Positions 49,548 to 60,498 of a DNA stretch of 64,000 nucleotides are shown here, in pieces. Under the pieces are notes generated by a model. It made no database searches and was not told where the DNA came from. It saw nothing but the letters and a program-made list of their open reading frames with translations. This DNA is from Zancudomyces culisetae HAW-14-8 (lineage: Eukaryota; Fungi; Kickxellomycota). The first letter of the stretch is position 1. Every line of letters starts with the position of its first letter. The position numbers and the translations under genes were made by a program. The stretch spans positions 3,596,001 through 3,660,000 of the forward strand of contig JBNJNM010000011.1 in NCBI GenBank assembly GCA_052426225.1. The letters run 5' to 3'.

Positions 49548-49744
49548 ACCCAATTCATTTTGTAGTAATTTGGAGTGTGAATATGAAAAATTCAGATAAA
49601 ACATTAATTTAATAATCTACAAATGGAAAACGACAGGTTAATTTCCAAGTAAATATACAAGGATGAATATTAAATAACTAAACAGTTCTTCGAAACCTAT
49701 AACCAAAAATACCTATACAGTATCAAAAAGATAATTTTGTTCCA

Positions 49745-51550
49745 ATGAGTGACAAACAACAACAACAACAACAACAACAACAAACCATTGATACTGTTGA
49801 AAAACAGCAACTAGTACAAGAAATACAAGAAATACAGCAGCAACAGCAACACCAACAGCAAGAACCTTCAGAGCCATTCCTGGACGATAAGAATGACAAA
49901 AATGATAATACACAGGTACAACCAACAACAATACCAAAACACAACGAGATTAAACAAGTAAATGTAAATTTAAATGAACACAACAGCGCTAGCACGGATT
50001 TGGGCACACAATCCGAAAAACAGGGGAATGTGATTAATACACAACAAGAAAATGAGGCAGCTTTAGAAAATACCCAAAAGGTAGAAAAAGATACAGCAGT
50101 GAATAACAGTTTGGAGAAAGAGTGGGAAGAACACCAACACCAACACCAAGAGCAACACCAAGAGCAAGAGCAAGAGTCTACGGGTGAAAATAATGTACTT
50201 GGAAACAATGAAAAAAGCGGTGCTATCAATAAATTGTATCTAGAGTATTCATATGCGGGACAGGCGGAGATTATCAGAGCTAATCAAAAGGACACACAAT
50301 ACTCACAGATTTTGTTTAAAAAAATATATGACTGTATACTGGATTTTAATACGGGCAGTGGTAGTGGTGGTGGTGGTGGTAGTGGTGGATTACAAGGAAG
50401 TAGAAGAAGAATGGGAATGGGAATGGGAATGGGAATTGGGGGGATAAACAGTTGGATTAGAATGGTTATTACTAGTCCAAAACATACACGAATTCTACAT
50501 GAATTTACAAATATATTATATAATATATTGACGATAGGAGTGTTGAAAAAATTGGATAAGAGCAGTGGGATTGGTGATATTGGAGGGCAGCAGCAAACGT
50601 TAGGTGAAGAGTATTGTGGGATTATGAAGATATCAACTAGTACAAAGACGTACCCAAGTATGTTGAAGTTGTTGGTGGATTGTAGTATTATCCATATACT
50701 GAAAATTATGGTATTGGTAATTGGAAAGCAATCGAATTCAAATTCAAATTCAAATTCGAATTCTAGTTCAAGCTTTAATTCGAGGACAGCAATAAGAACT
50801 TTTAGTAAAACAAGTGATAATAATAATGATAATAATGGTGGTGGTGATAAAAGGACAAGAAGACTAGTAAATGTTACAACGCGAATAGTAGATACGATTA
50901 GGTATTTGATAACCAAATATAATGTAGTGCAGGTACTACAAGTTGTGGAGAGGATGAATACATGTAGTTTCTACTTTTTCGGAAAGTATTACGAAATGGT
51001 CAAGCGGATATTAGGAATTCGGTACATACTATTGCGAAAGGCAAACAGTGATAATGGAGATGGGAATACTAATGGTAGTGAATATGAAGTAGGAGCAGAT
51101 GGAAAAGTGGTTGATTATATAAAGAGTCATCAATCTAGTGGGTATGAAATTCTGGGATTAATGATACTGGTACAATTGATAGTCGAAGGGGTTAGAACAA
51201 CGTACAATAATTATAACCTAAAGGATAAGAGTGATAGTGAAATGGAAAATGTAAAGCTTGGCGATGATGGATACAGATACAAAAACGAGAACAAGAATAA
51301 GAATCAGGAGGCAGAGGAAGAAGAGGCAGAGAGGGAGGAACAAATGAGAAAAGTATTGACGATTAGTCAAAAAACATGTAATTTGTGTTTGGAAAATATG
51401 AAACATCCAAGTGTACTAACCAGCTGTGGACACATGTTTTGTTGGAACTGTGTATTTGAATGGATCAATGTACAAGGTCATAATGACTGTCCGTTATGTA
51501 GACAACCAGTACCACGAACTAGTAGTATTGTACCAATTTATGGATATTAA
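49745..51550 (+). CDS. PEX10: Peroxin Pex10 (Pex2/Pex12 domain + C3HC4 RING) with low-complexity insertions
   Basis: AGQAEIIRANQKD, QTLGEEYC, FYFFGKYYEMVKRILGIRY, GYEILG, RING CNLC..CGHMFCWNC..CPLCRQ. Confidence 0.9.
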   Translation: MSDKQQQQQQQQQTIDTVEKQQLVQEIQEIQQQQQHQQQEPSEPFLDDKNDKNDNTQVQPTTIPKHNEIKQVNVNLNEHNSASTDLGTQSEKQGNVINTQQENEAALENTQKVEKDTAVNNSLEKEWEEHQHQHQEQHQEQEQESTGENNVLGNNEKSGAINKLYLEYSYAGQAEIIRANQKDTQYSQILFKKIYDCILDFNTGSGSGGGGGSGGLQGSRRRMGMGMGMGIGGINSWIRMVITSPKHTRILHEFTNILYNILTIGVLKKLDKSSGIGDIGGQQQTLGEEYCGIMKISTSTKTYPSMLKLLVDCSIIHILKIMVLVIGKQSNSNSNSNSNSSSSFNSRTAIRTFSKTSDNNNDNNGGGDKRTRRLVNVTTRIVDTIRYLITKYNVVQVLQVVERMNTCSFYFFGKYYEMVKRILGIRYILLRKANSDNGDGNTNGSEYEVGADGKVVDYIKSHQSSGYEILGLMILVQLIVEGVRTTYNNYNLKDKSDSEMENVKLGDDGYRYKNENKNKNQEAEEEEAEREEQMRKVLTISQKTCNLCLENMKHPSVLTSCGHMFCWNCVFEWINVQGHNDCPLCRQPVPRTSSIVPIYGY

Positions 51551-51651
51551 GATTTATATATTTTACTAGTCTTATTTAGATTAAAATCATAAGACAAAAT
51601 TTAAATTAAAATTTAAAGATAAAGTTTAAAGAAAAAGAAAAAGAAAAAAGA

Positions 51652-52407
51652 TCATGAACTTTCAGCAACCAAAGTAATGATCATACAGTATAGGAAATAA
51701 AAGAATAGCAACAAGTAAAAACCAACTTTAATAAAGTTTTCACGTTTATGTTTGGATAGAGTACGGAAGACTTCAGTAGCATCATAGAAATGGCGTTTGT
51801 TTGCAACTCTATAATATTACGGGGGGGGTGTATTCAATTTAATCAATCAATAAACAAACAAATAAATAAATAAAAGGGAAGAAAAAAGGAGAGAAAAAAG
51901 AAAAGAAAAAAGGGGGGGAGGGGAGGGACTTACTTTATAACGTTATATACCACTAGTGGTAAATTAAGGAAGAAGGTCAACCATTGTCCAACAAGCAAGA
52001 ACATTAGAGTCATAATTGCATGGGTAAAGATTTCGGGCAAGACGTACTACAATTATGAATTATAACATCGAGTTAAAAGTTTTGAACATACTTATAAAAA
52101 GAGAAAGAAAGATAGAGCTTGTTATTTACCAAATTCAATGTATTTGCCAAATCAATAGGGTTGATATAGTCACATTCTAGATCGGTCAACATGATTACCT
52201 ATGTTTACATTTTTTTTCAAGATTAAAAGAATTAGAATAATTTACATTAGTAAAATGTGAATTGAAAAGAATAAGAATAAGAATAAGAATAATATAATAA
52301 TTATAATTATAATTATAAAAAGAGAGACTTACAAAGTATACTGATCCGAATAACAAGATGGAGGCAATAATCAAGCCCAAAATATACGCAAGAGCGGTTA
52401 GACCCAT
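51652..52407 (-). CDS. ERV14: Cornichon-family ER cargo receptor Erv14; 4 exons
   Basis: LFGSVYF|VIMLTDLECDYINPIDLANTLN..LPEIFTHA..FLNLPLVVYN..YDATEVFRTLSKHKRENFIKVGFYLLLFFYFLYCMI. Confidence 0.93.
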
Positions 52408-53051
52408 TCTTTTTTATTTTTCCTACTTTCCTTCTTTTTTTTTCTTTCTTTATAAATGTATATATAATATAGATTTAAATATATATTCTAGTTGTAAATT
52501 TTTTTTTCTTTTGAAGGTGATTTATTTTCTAGTAATTTATTATATACATTTACTATAATTTTTTATTTTTTTTTTACAGCTCTTTTTACCTTATTTTGTT
52601 AACCGCTTTTACTTTACCAAACAAAATTTAAAACGAAATCAAATAACATAAAAAGAAAGGTTATTAAAGTAAATAAACGATTTTTTTTTTCACCTGTTTG
52701 TTTTGTAACGTTGGCTTGTGATACGGAATTGTGGATTATAGGTCGGTCGATTATTAATTACAATTTCACATTTTAATTTTGTTTTTTATTTAATTGCCTT
52801 TTTTTTTTTAGTCATTTTGACCTTAAAACTCAAAAATTTCTATATCTTTGGAATAACGCTCTAATTCCTCCCAACTTCCTCGTCCTCACCTATCTTTATG
52901 ATCATCAACTGGGTGATTCATACCATCATCAATGAAAAATAATAGTCATGCAAACAAAAATAAAACTAGACAGCTTTTATTTCTTGTACATAGTAGAAAA
53001 AGGAAAAGAATAGTAATGGGAAATGACTGCCCAAGTTTAAAAAAAAAAGAG

Positions 53052-53078
53052 AATAATAATAATAATAATAATAATAAT
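53052..53078 (+). repeat. (AAT)9 microsatellite
   Basis: Read directly from the sequence. Confidence 0.9.
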
Positions 53079-53175
53079 CATAATAAAAAAAGGATAATGC
53101 ACGAGAGGGAAAAAAAATAACAATAAAAGAGAGAGAGAGAGAAAGAGAAAAAAAGAAAGAAATCTAAAGATGTAA

Positions 53176-56100
53176 TCATGATGAAGAGGGGGCAGAAGAA
53201 GAAGAGATATAAGTGGCAGGGAAGACACCTTGTTCAAGAGGTAGATCAGGACCATGATCAACTATACCCATCCACCAAATTTCATCAGATTTGTCAATAA
53301 CAAAGATACGTTCACCAGCCTTGAAACCAAGCTCGCCAGCTTCTCTAGAGTTAAAAGTGAATTTTGCATAGTAAACGGGATAAGATTTGAGAGAATCGCG
53401 AATAGGATAATTGAGTTTGTAGTTTGAAGATTTGCTGGTTAAAGAGGAAGAGTTGTTGGTTTCAGGAGATTTGAAAGAAGCAGCAGCAGCAGCAGCAATG
53501 GTAGTAGGGGGAGGTGGAGAGGTGGAAGCAGCAAGAACAGAAGCTACCGGAGGAGTGAAGAGGTGACTGGTAGAGGTATCAGAAGTATTAGAGGATCTAA
53601 AGTTGGAGCTGGTGAAGGTAGAGTGGCGGGAACGCTTGGGATCATGATGAGAAGAGGTGGAAGAAGAGGTGATGATTAGATCAGAGGAAGCAGAAGAGTC
53701 GGAACGGAGACGAGAGGCGTTAGAGAAAGAAGATTGAGGAGATTGAGAGAGATCGAGGCCGAGATCATTAGTGGGGTCAGTATGATTACTGTGAGTATCA
53801 AGGCGGTGAAGAGGATGAGAAAGATTTCTTAGAGAATGAGATGAAGTATTTGCAGAGGAACGAGAAGCGGCAGTAGCAATAGCAGCAGCGGTAGCAGCAG
53901 CAGCACCAGCACCAGCAGAGGTAGCAAGATGAGGGTGAGAGTGAGAGTGATTATTGGAGAGAGAAGAGGTAGATAAAGAAGGATTTTGAGAGAGAAGAGG
54001 ATGAGCATGGGCATGAGCTTCAAGACTGCTTTTAGTGGTGATGGGGTTATAGTTGAAATAAGGATTCTTTTCAGGGTTCTGTGCAGAGGATTTGGAGAGA
54101 AGAGCAGAATGTTTGTTTTTGTAGTAGATGTACAACAAACCAGCCAAAACAATCAAGAAGACCAGGAAAAGAGAAATGGCAAAGGAAATCAAAATAATCC
54201 AATGCAGAGCAAGACGGTTGCGTTCTTTGATTTTGACTGCAGAAGCAGGCAGAGAAAGAGCATTTAGAGAAGCCAAGCCACCTTGAGAGTCGAATGCATT
54301 CAGGAACGGAAGCCAGGCGCCCTGGTCAGGATCGTAGACAGCACACGATGTCGAAGCAGGGAGAAGAATAGAACCAACTGCAGCAACAACATACTGAACC
54401 GAAGAATTGGATGGCAAAATGGAAACAGACGTCAGCTTGGAGTTTGGAGAAAAGCTGGGGAGTGCCAAAAAGCCAAAAGACGAAGAGTATGAATAGACAT
54501 AAGGCTGGGAAGAGTTGGAAGATGTGCCAGCAAAGACTAGGGACGAGTCTGGAGCCTGGGCAATGGTAGACACAGGGCCAGGGAGTGAAGAAGCAGATGT
54601 GATGTTTGATCTTGCAGCCGAGGAAGAGCGAAGATAGCTGAATGTATCCGTAGCAAAATCATAAACAACAGCGGCATTCGGAAAGTCTCCACCAATAACC
54701 AGATTGTCATTATCAAACGAAAGAGCATTGACAGGCCCGCCAATTCCATCTTTACCCGACAATGGAGACCAACGCTCATCGTTAACATCCCACATACACA
54801 CATATTTGCAATCCAGACTTCCTGCATACAAAAACGTTCCTCCAACCAAAACCTTACCAGTATTTGGCTTCACTACAATGGTGTTAACCTGTGCTGCTCC
54901 TTTGTCTGCTCCATATAGTCTTGGCGGTTGCTTCGTAAATCCTCCTTCCTTCATGTTGTAAACAACCAGTCCCGGAAAACTCGCTGTTGAAACTCCTCCT
55001 GCAAACACAAACGACCCTGCTCCTGTTAGCGCCAACACCTTTCCTGACACTCCACTGCCCAATCCTACAAACTCCTCATTCCGCTGCATAGCTAGATTCT
55101 TGGCTCCATCGTTCGTTTCAAACATTCCTCCTACCACCAAATTGTATGCTCCATTTCCTTCATCATACAACGTCGATGCACTAACATCCACCTGTCCGTT
55201 GCTTCCTGGAAGAAGCCCTCCCCCAAATCGGGTCGCTGGAACTGCTGCCAAATCACTACCCAAATACCCTACACTCGGTGCCTGGAATCGTGATACTCCA
55301 TTAAACGCCCCTCCCACAAGCGTTGTTGATCCATTGTAACTGGCAAACGATACATCCCCGCTCATCAACGGCGCCCATGTCCACAAACTACTTGTTAAAT
55401 TCAGCATGGCCGCATTCGGTGATGAATACGCTTTAGATCCTATCAATGCATTTGAAAACTTTCCTCCAACAAACAACCCTTCCGTCTCCGGCGTAACTTT
55501 GGTTTCTGGAATCGTATACCCTGCCAACGCCGTCACTGGTCCGTCTACTCCACCATTAACTGCCTCGTATTTGCCAAATCCGTCGTCCAATGGCACTATC
55601 TTCATCACATTCCGACTATTAATCATCTTATCACTAGTTCCAGAAAACACCCCTCCTACATATATCACGTCCTTAACGTTTGTCAATGCATACACCTCTC
55701 CCGCTGGTCCTCCATTCGGCCCCGGTGAGAATGTTCCTGATCGATACATCGCTAAATTGTTATATGTCCCGGGAATCTCTCCTCCAAAGAACGTATCACT
55801 TCCTCGGTTCACTATCGCAGATACCGTCGTCCCATTGGGCAGTGCCGACGACAACCGTCCAAATAACGGCTTGCTCAAATAGTCATCTGATTGTACATCT
55901 CGTCGAACCGCGAACACTCCGTTCATCCCACTAATCGACTGTCTTCGTACAAACACTGTCCGCAAAAACTGCAGGTTTACATCTTTTTGATTCACCGATG
56001 CAAGTTCTACCCTAACTGATGGCATGAATGACGTTGTTGAATGTGGAACATATCCACTATATATTAGAAATGACGTTGTCTTCAACACATTCTGATCTAT

Positions 56101-57639
56101 CTCCATACTCACTCTCGCATCTGCTCCCGCTCCTGCTGTAAGTGTCACTCGACTCACTGCTCGCTTCAAACAATCCCCTGTGCTTGTGCACCCTGGGATA
56201 TCTACATAAACATCATAATATCCGTCTTGTGACACCACATTGTACGTCGTAATACTACTACTATTACTTGAGCCTGCTGAAATCGGTGAAAAAACTGCCC
56301 CTATATTCACCGAATCTTCTCCTGCTGTCAACTGCTGCGACTGTTGATACCACTGGCCTGTATAACTCACTCTACTTTTGGTCGCTGATGCCGAACACGC
56401 TGGGAAATTAAATTGATCGTTTCCATACACTATACTGTCTCGTTGAAACACCTGTACCTCTGCAAACCCTCCTCCATCGCCATACCAATCCACTATGTTG
56501 ATTATTATCCCCCCTAGCTCTTGTGGTGTTGCAAACGCATACTCCTGCCACTCGTCTCCTGCCTCATCCATAAAACACTTTTGCGTGCACATCTCCGCCA
56601 GCCCTGTCACATTACTCACCCGAATCATCGTCAGCGCAACGTTATCCGCTGCCCGTTCAACCCGAATGTTTTCTGTCCCTCGACCTTGATATCCAGCATT
56701 TCTAATTCGAAGTAGTGTTGGTGTTGTCGGCCCTGGAAAATCTATCCGTAAATATCCTGGAAGCTTATCTCGAAGCAACCACGGATTCTTATTCGTTCCT
56801 GAACTGCACACTACATTCTCCGGATCTGCAAACTGCGGAAACAGATTGTTATTCCCTCCCGTCAGTGTCGCCTCCTTCAAGTTAATTGGCTGTCCATCTA
56901 AATCACTATAATCCGCTCCGTCCAGTGTGCTGTTAAAACTCCCTCCTGCATATATCAGCCGATTGTCTGGACTCACCCCTAATGCAAACACTCGTCCATC
57001 AAGGCCTCTCCATGGGCTCTCTATCCACCCCCGCGATGTAACATTGTACCCTATCAGCCCCCCTGTAGACTTGTTGATTGTAGAAATCTGTGCCTCACTA
57101 CTCCCAACTGGTGCTGTAAAGTTTCCTCCTACCCACACTATTTTATATTCGCTGTCACAGTACATCGCATTCACTGCTCCATTCAGCCCACCTGCCATCA
57201 AATCTACCACTTTTGGTTCACGTCCCCCCATTTCCGCTATCCCTACTACGTTTGATGCATTTCTCTGTCCTACATTATCAAAGGCTCCTCCTGTGTACAA
57301 TACATTTGTTCCTTGAACATTCATTATACATCCTGAACTAAATCTTCCTGTTATATTCAGCTGTTCACCTATTACCGCAATTGAATCCTTTGAAAACTCC
57401 ACTGCCTTCGCAAACGGCTCTCCCGACGATCCTCCTACTCCTCCATTTTCTGGCCCAACTCCTGCCCCTGACACTCCCATAAAATTCCCTACAACCACCA
57501 CTGGAGTATCCCCACTTATCGTTATATTCGCCACCTTCTGTTGTCCCCATACCGACCGTCCCCCAAGTGCAAGAAGCCCCGCTACCCGCAACACTTTGTT
57601 TCGTAGTATATATCTATTATTATCGTTTCGTCCTTTCAT
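53176..57639 (-). CDS. RAX2: Rax2-like type I membrane polarity protein with C-terminal SH3 domain, intronless
   Basis: Signal peptide; repeated beta-propeller strands (VWVGGNF, IYAGGSF, IYVGGVF, VLVGGTF..AGSLDC..VCMWD..WS); YDVYVDIPGC..C..R; one TM (WIILISFAISLFLVFLIVLAGLLY); Ser/His-rich tail; SH3 YAKFTFNSREAGELGFKAGERIFVIDKSDEIWWMG..GVFPATYI. ATG at 57639. Confidence 0.82.
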   Translation of the reverse strand: MKGRNDNNRYILRNKVLRVAGLLALGGRSVWGQQKVANITISGDTPVVVVGNFMGVSGAGVGPENGGVGGSSGEPFAKAVEFSKDSIAVIGEQLNITGRFSSGCIMNVQGTNVLYTGGAFDNVGQRNASNVVGIAEMGGREPKVVDLMAGGLNGAVNAMYCDSEYKIVWVGGNFTAPVGSSEAQISTINKSTGGLIGYNVTSRGWIESPWRGLDGRVFALGVSPDNRLIYAGGSFNSTLDGADYSDLDGQPINLKEATLTGGNNNLFPQFADPENVVCSSGTNKNPWLLRDKLPGYLRIDFPGPTTPTLLRIRNAGYQGRGTENIRVERAADNVALTMIRVSNVTGLAEMCTQKCFMDEAGDEWQEYAFATPQELGGIIINIVDWYGDGGGFAEVQVFQRDSIVYGNDQFNFPACSASATKSRVSYTGQWYQQSQQLTAGEDSVNIGAVFSPISAGSSNSSSITTYNVVSQDGYYDVYVDIPGCTSTGDCLKRAVSRVTLTAGAGADARVSMEIDQNVLKTTSFLIYSGYVPHSTTSFMPSVRVELASVNQKDVNLQFLRTVFVRRQSISGMNGVFAVRRDVQSDDYLSKPLFGRLSSALPNGTTVSAIVNRGSDTFFGGEIPGTYNNLAMYRSGTFSPGPNGGPAGEVYALTNVKDVIYVGGVFSGTSDKMINSRNVMKIVPLDDGFGKYEAVNGGVDGPVTALAGYTIPETKVTPETEGLFVGGKFSNALIGSKAYSSPNAAMLNLTSSLWTWAPLMSGDVSFASYNGSTTLVGGAFNGVSRFQAPSVGYLGSDLAAVPATRFGGGLLPGSNGQVDVSASTLYDEGNGAYNLVVGGMFETNDGAKNLAMQRNEEFVGLGSGVSGKVLALTGAGSFVFAGGVSTASFPGLVVYNMKEGGFTKQPPRLYGADKGAAQVNTIVVKPNTGKVLVGGTFLYAGSLDCKYVCMWDVNDERWSPLSGKDGIGGPVNALSFDNDNLVIGGDFPNAAVVYDFATDTFSYLRSSSAARSNITSASSLPGPVSTIAQAPDSSLVFAGTSSNSSQPYVYSYSSSFGFLALPSFSPNSKLTSVSILPSNSSVQYVVAAVGSILLPASTSCAVYDPDQGAWLPFLNAFDSQGGLASLNALSLPASAVKIKERNRLALHWIILISFAISLFLVFLIVLAGLLYIYYKNKHSALLSKSSAQNPEKNPYFNYNPITTKSSLEAHAHAHPLLSQNPSLSTSSLSNNHSHSHPHLATSAGAGAAAATAAAIATAASRSSANTSSHSLRNLSHPLHRLDTHSNHTDPTNDLGLDLSQSPQSSFSNASRLRSDSSASSDLIITSSSTSSHHDPKRSRHSTFTSSNFRSSNTSDTSTSHLFTPPVASVLAASTSPPPPTTIAAAAAASFKSPETNNSSSLTSKSSNYKLNYPIRDSLKSYPVYYAKFTFNSREAGELGFKAGERIFVIDKSDEIWWMGIVDHGPDLPLEQGVFPATYISSSSAPSSS

Positions 57640-60234
57640 CACTCATATCCTTTTCATGTATTTATTCAAATATCTTTATTTAAAAAATCTTTCTTGTTCA
57701 TAATTATTCCTCTACGTCGTCCTAGTTCGTAAACTTTTCTTGTTTTATAGCAAAATGTATTATTGTAAGTAATATTCTTCGCTATTGATTTCGGATTTCT
57801 ACAAGTCCGCTGCAATACAAATATATGATTATATCTATTGTTTATCCTTTGATAATTATCTTCTAATGTCGCTGCGTTTTGATATTGATTCTCGTTAGTT
57901 GTTGCTGTTGTATATCCGCAAAAATTCAAAGTAATCGAAAATTCTAATCTAAATTTTGATCTAAATCTCCCGTTATCTTTTTTTCCGAATTTCTAAAGCA
58001 CCTAACAATCTATATTATTGCACTATGATATCTCACCAAACTTTGCACTAGCGCAATTATCTTTGCTTAAAAGGGTTGTTTAAATTGTTTTCTTTTTTTC
58101 ACTCGAAGAATTATTGTCTATGTAATATCTAGGTAAAAGTTGTATAAGAGTACTTCTTTTGTCCTTTCCTATCTCTAACAACAAAAGAGAGCATCCGCCG
58201 GAAAAAAGAATAATAGTAATAAAAAGAAGGCGTTTACTATTCAAATTTGAACGTATTACAAGTTTAATGCTAAAACACAAGTGACATGTATAATATCTTT
58301 TGCCATTAAAACTCTACTTTTTTTTTTCTCTATTCTCGTAATTGATAGTATTTCTATCTGTTTTATTAATCAATCCTGTCTTTTCAATACAAAACAAAGT
58401 AAGCCATTACAAAGCTCTGACAACAATGGTACAATCCTTGTTTTTTTCGTTAGCACAATGTTTTTTTTTATTCAGCTTAATTATTCTACTGAAATACTGG
58501 CCTATGGCTAACCATCATTTTGGCAAACGCTTTGTAATATTGTGCTATTGTCCTTTATTTTTTATTGTTTTTTATTTGATTTTTATTTTTGTTTTACAAA
58601 TCAATTTAGATTTTACATAATTTATCTACTTTTCCAACAATTAATATGCCCTCCAACTAGAAAATTCCGCCCAAAATAAATCCACAAAACCTAAATAAAC
58701 CCGTCTCTGCAAGCAAAAAAAAAGACTATTTTTATTTTTATTTTTACTTTTTATATTTCCGCATTTTTTTCATTTTTTTTCATTTTTTTATATCGATTTT
58801 GCCTAGTTTGCCTTGTTTTTTGAAAATTTTAATGTATATGCAGCCAAATCACAAGTTGCAAAAAACAAAAAAAAAACAATCTTGAATTTAAAATGTTTTT
58901 TTCATTTTTCATCACCTTTTACTTGCAACTTGACACAAGTTTTTGGCATTTTCAGTTTATTTGACTAACGTTCAATTAATTGATGTTTTATAAAAATCGC
59001 ACATTTCTTGGAAAAATTTTTGGTCAAGCAAGCAAAGCCGATGCTCTTATTATTTTCCACCTTTTTTCTGCCACGAATTCAATATATTTGCTTGCCCAAA
59101 ACCAATATTCCCATTGTTTTTCTTTTGACTTGGTTGCATTTGCTGTTTTTCTCCTCTCTTTATGTTGGAAGCATACACATTTCCTCATTATTTTCTTTGG
59201 CTTTGATTAGCATTTCTTATTCATGGATTTTAGTTTTTTTTTTTCATTTCATCTCGTAAATGGCAATTAATCAAAACGAGAGTAAAAGCTGCTAATTTGC
59301 CAGAGTCATGTTACTCTCCCATGTTGGAAAAAAATTGTTTACCCAACACTTTCTCTTTGTTCCTCCTTCTTATTCCTCATCATTCAACCCACTCTAGCTT
59401 TAGTTTTTGTTTTGCTTATTAAACCAAAAAACATTTTGGGGAGAGGGAATGAAGGAATCGATTTTTTTTAATCAAGAAAAACTCGAATGTAAAAAAATAA
59501 ACACCAGTCTAATTAGCGCTCATTTGCTGCTTTTTAAATTAGCGCGGGTTGTTATGCTATTCGCTCTTTCTTCCTTTCATCATGTTACAAACCTTTTCCT
59601 CCCAGTTACATTTGTTATTTAATGTGTTTTCCCTCTTTTGCAATTTTGCACCCATGTTGTTCCTACTTATTTTATTTTTACACAATAGTTGTCTAAATAC
59701 ACGGGAAGAAATTGTTTCCTCCTGCCTTTAAAGAGGAAAGTGAGTTTTGATTTTATGCACTGATACTCCCCCTCCCGCTCAATCCTCCTCATTTCCTTCT
59801 CACCTTTACAAAAAAAGATGCCTTGTTTGGTAATAGCCTTTCAAATTAGTCGATCTCAGTTGTCCACACCTCATATACGGAATACTTTCTTGATTGGCAA
59901 CATTTACTGAGATTTTCGGTTCCCTATTTACCAATTGCGATAATCTGGGATTTAATTAGTCATGTGAACAGTGGCATTTTATTAGAGTAATATTGGGTAA
60001 TTTAAATAGAAATTTCTCCTGAAATGAAATAAATTGAAAATCATCATTTTTAAGGTCAAGGTGGCTCCTCCAATTTTAAATTCAAATCAAATGTGGAAAA
60101 TCAAATGTGATGTAATGATGATGTGCAAAAAAAGGAATATATACGCATATACTTACTTGCTCTACTCTTACAAGGTTGACATAATATTAGCTTTGAGTAC
60201 AGTATTTTGCACATTTAGTAGGAATTTACGTCTC

Positions 60235-60235
<1 letters not shown>

Positions 60236-60267
<32 letters not shown>
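60236..60267 (+). repeat. (ATT)n microsatellite
   Basis: Read directly from the sequence. Confidence 0.9.
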
Positions 60268-60457
60268 GTATGTCTAAGACTATTTATTTTTGGAGGAGGG
60301 AAAGAACATGAGGGGATACAAAAAGGTAAATATCGTAACTTCTATTTAAAGTGTTGGGTGGGGGGAAAAGATAAATTTGCGCAAAATTGTAATACTGTTA
60401 CAAACCCTAATTAGTGTGATCAAAAGAAAGTAAATAAAAGGTCGATCTAGAAGGGTG

Positions 60458-60498
60458 TATATATATATATATATACGTGTGTGTGTGTGTGTGTGTGT
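60458..60498 (+). repeat. Compound (TA)n-(GT)n microsatellite
   Basis: Read directly from the sequence. Confidence 0.9.
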
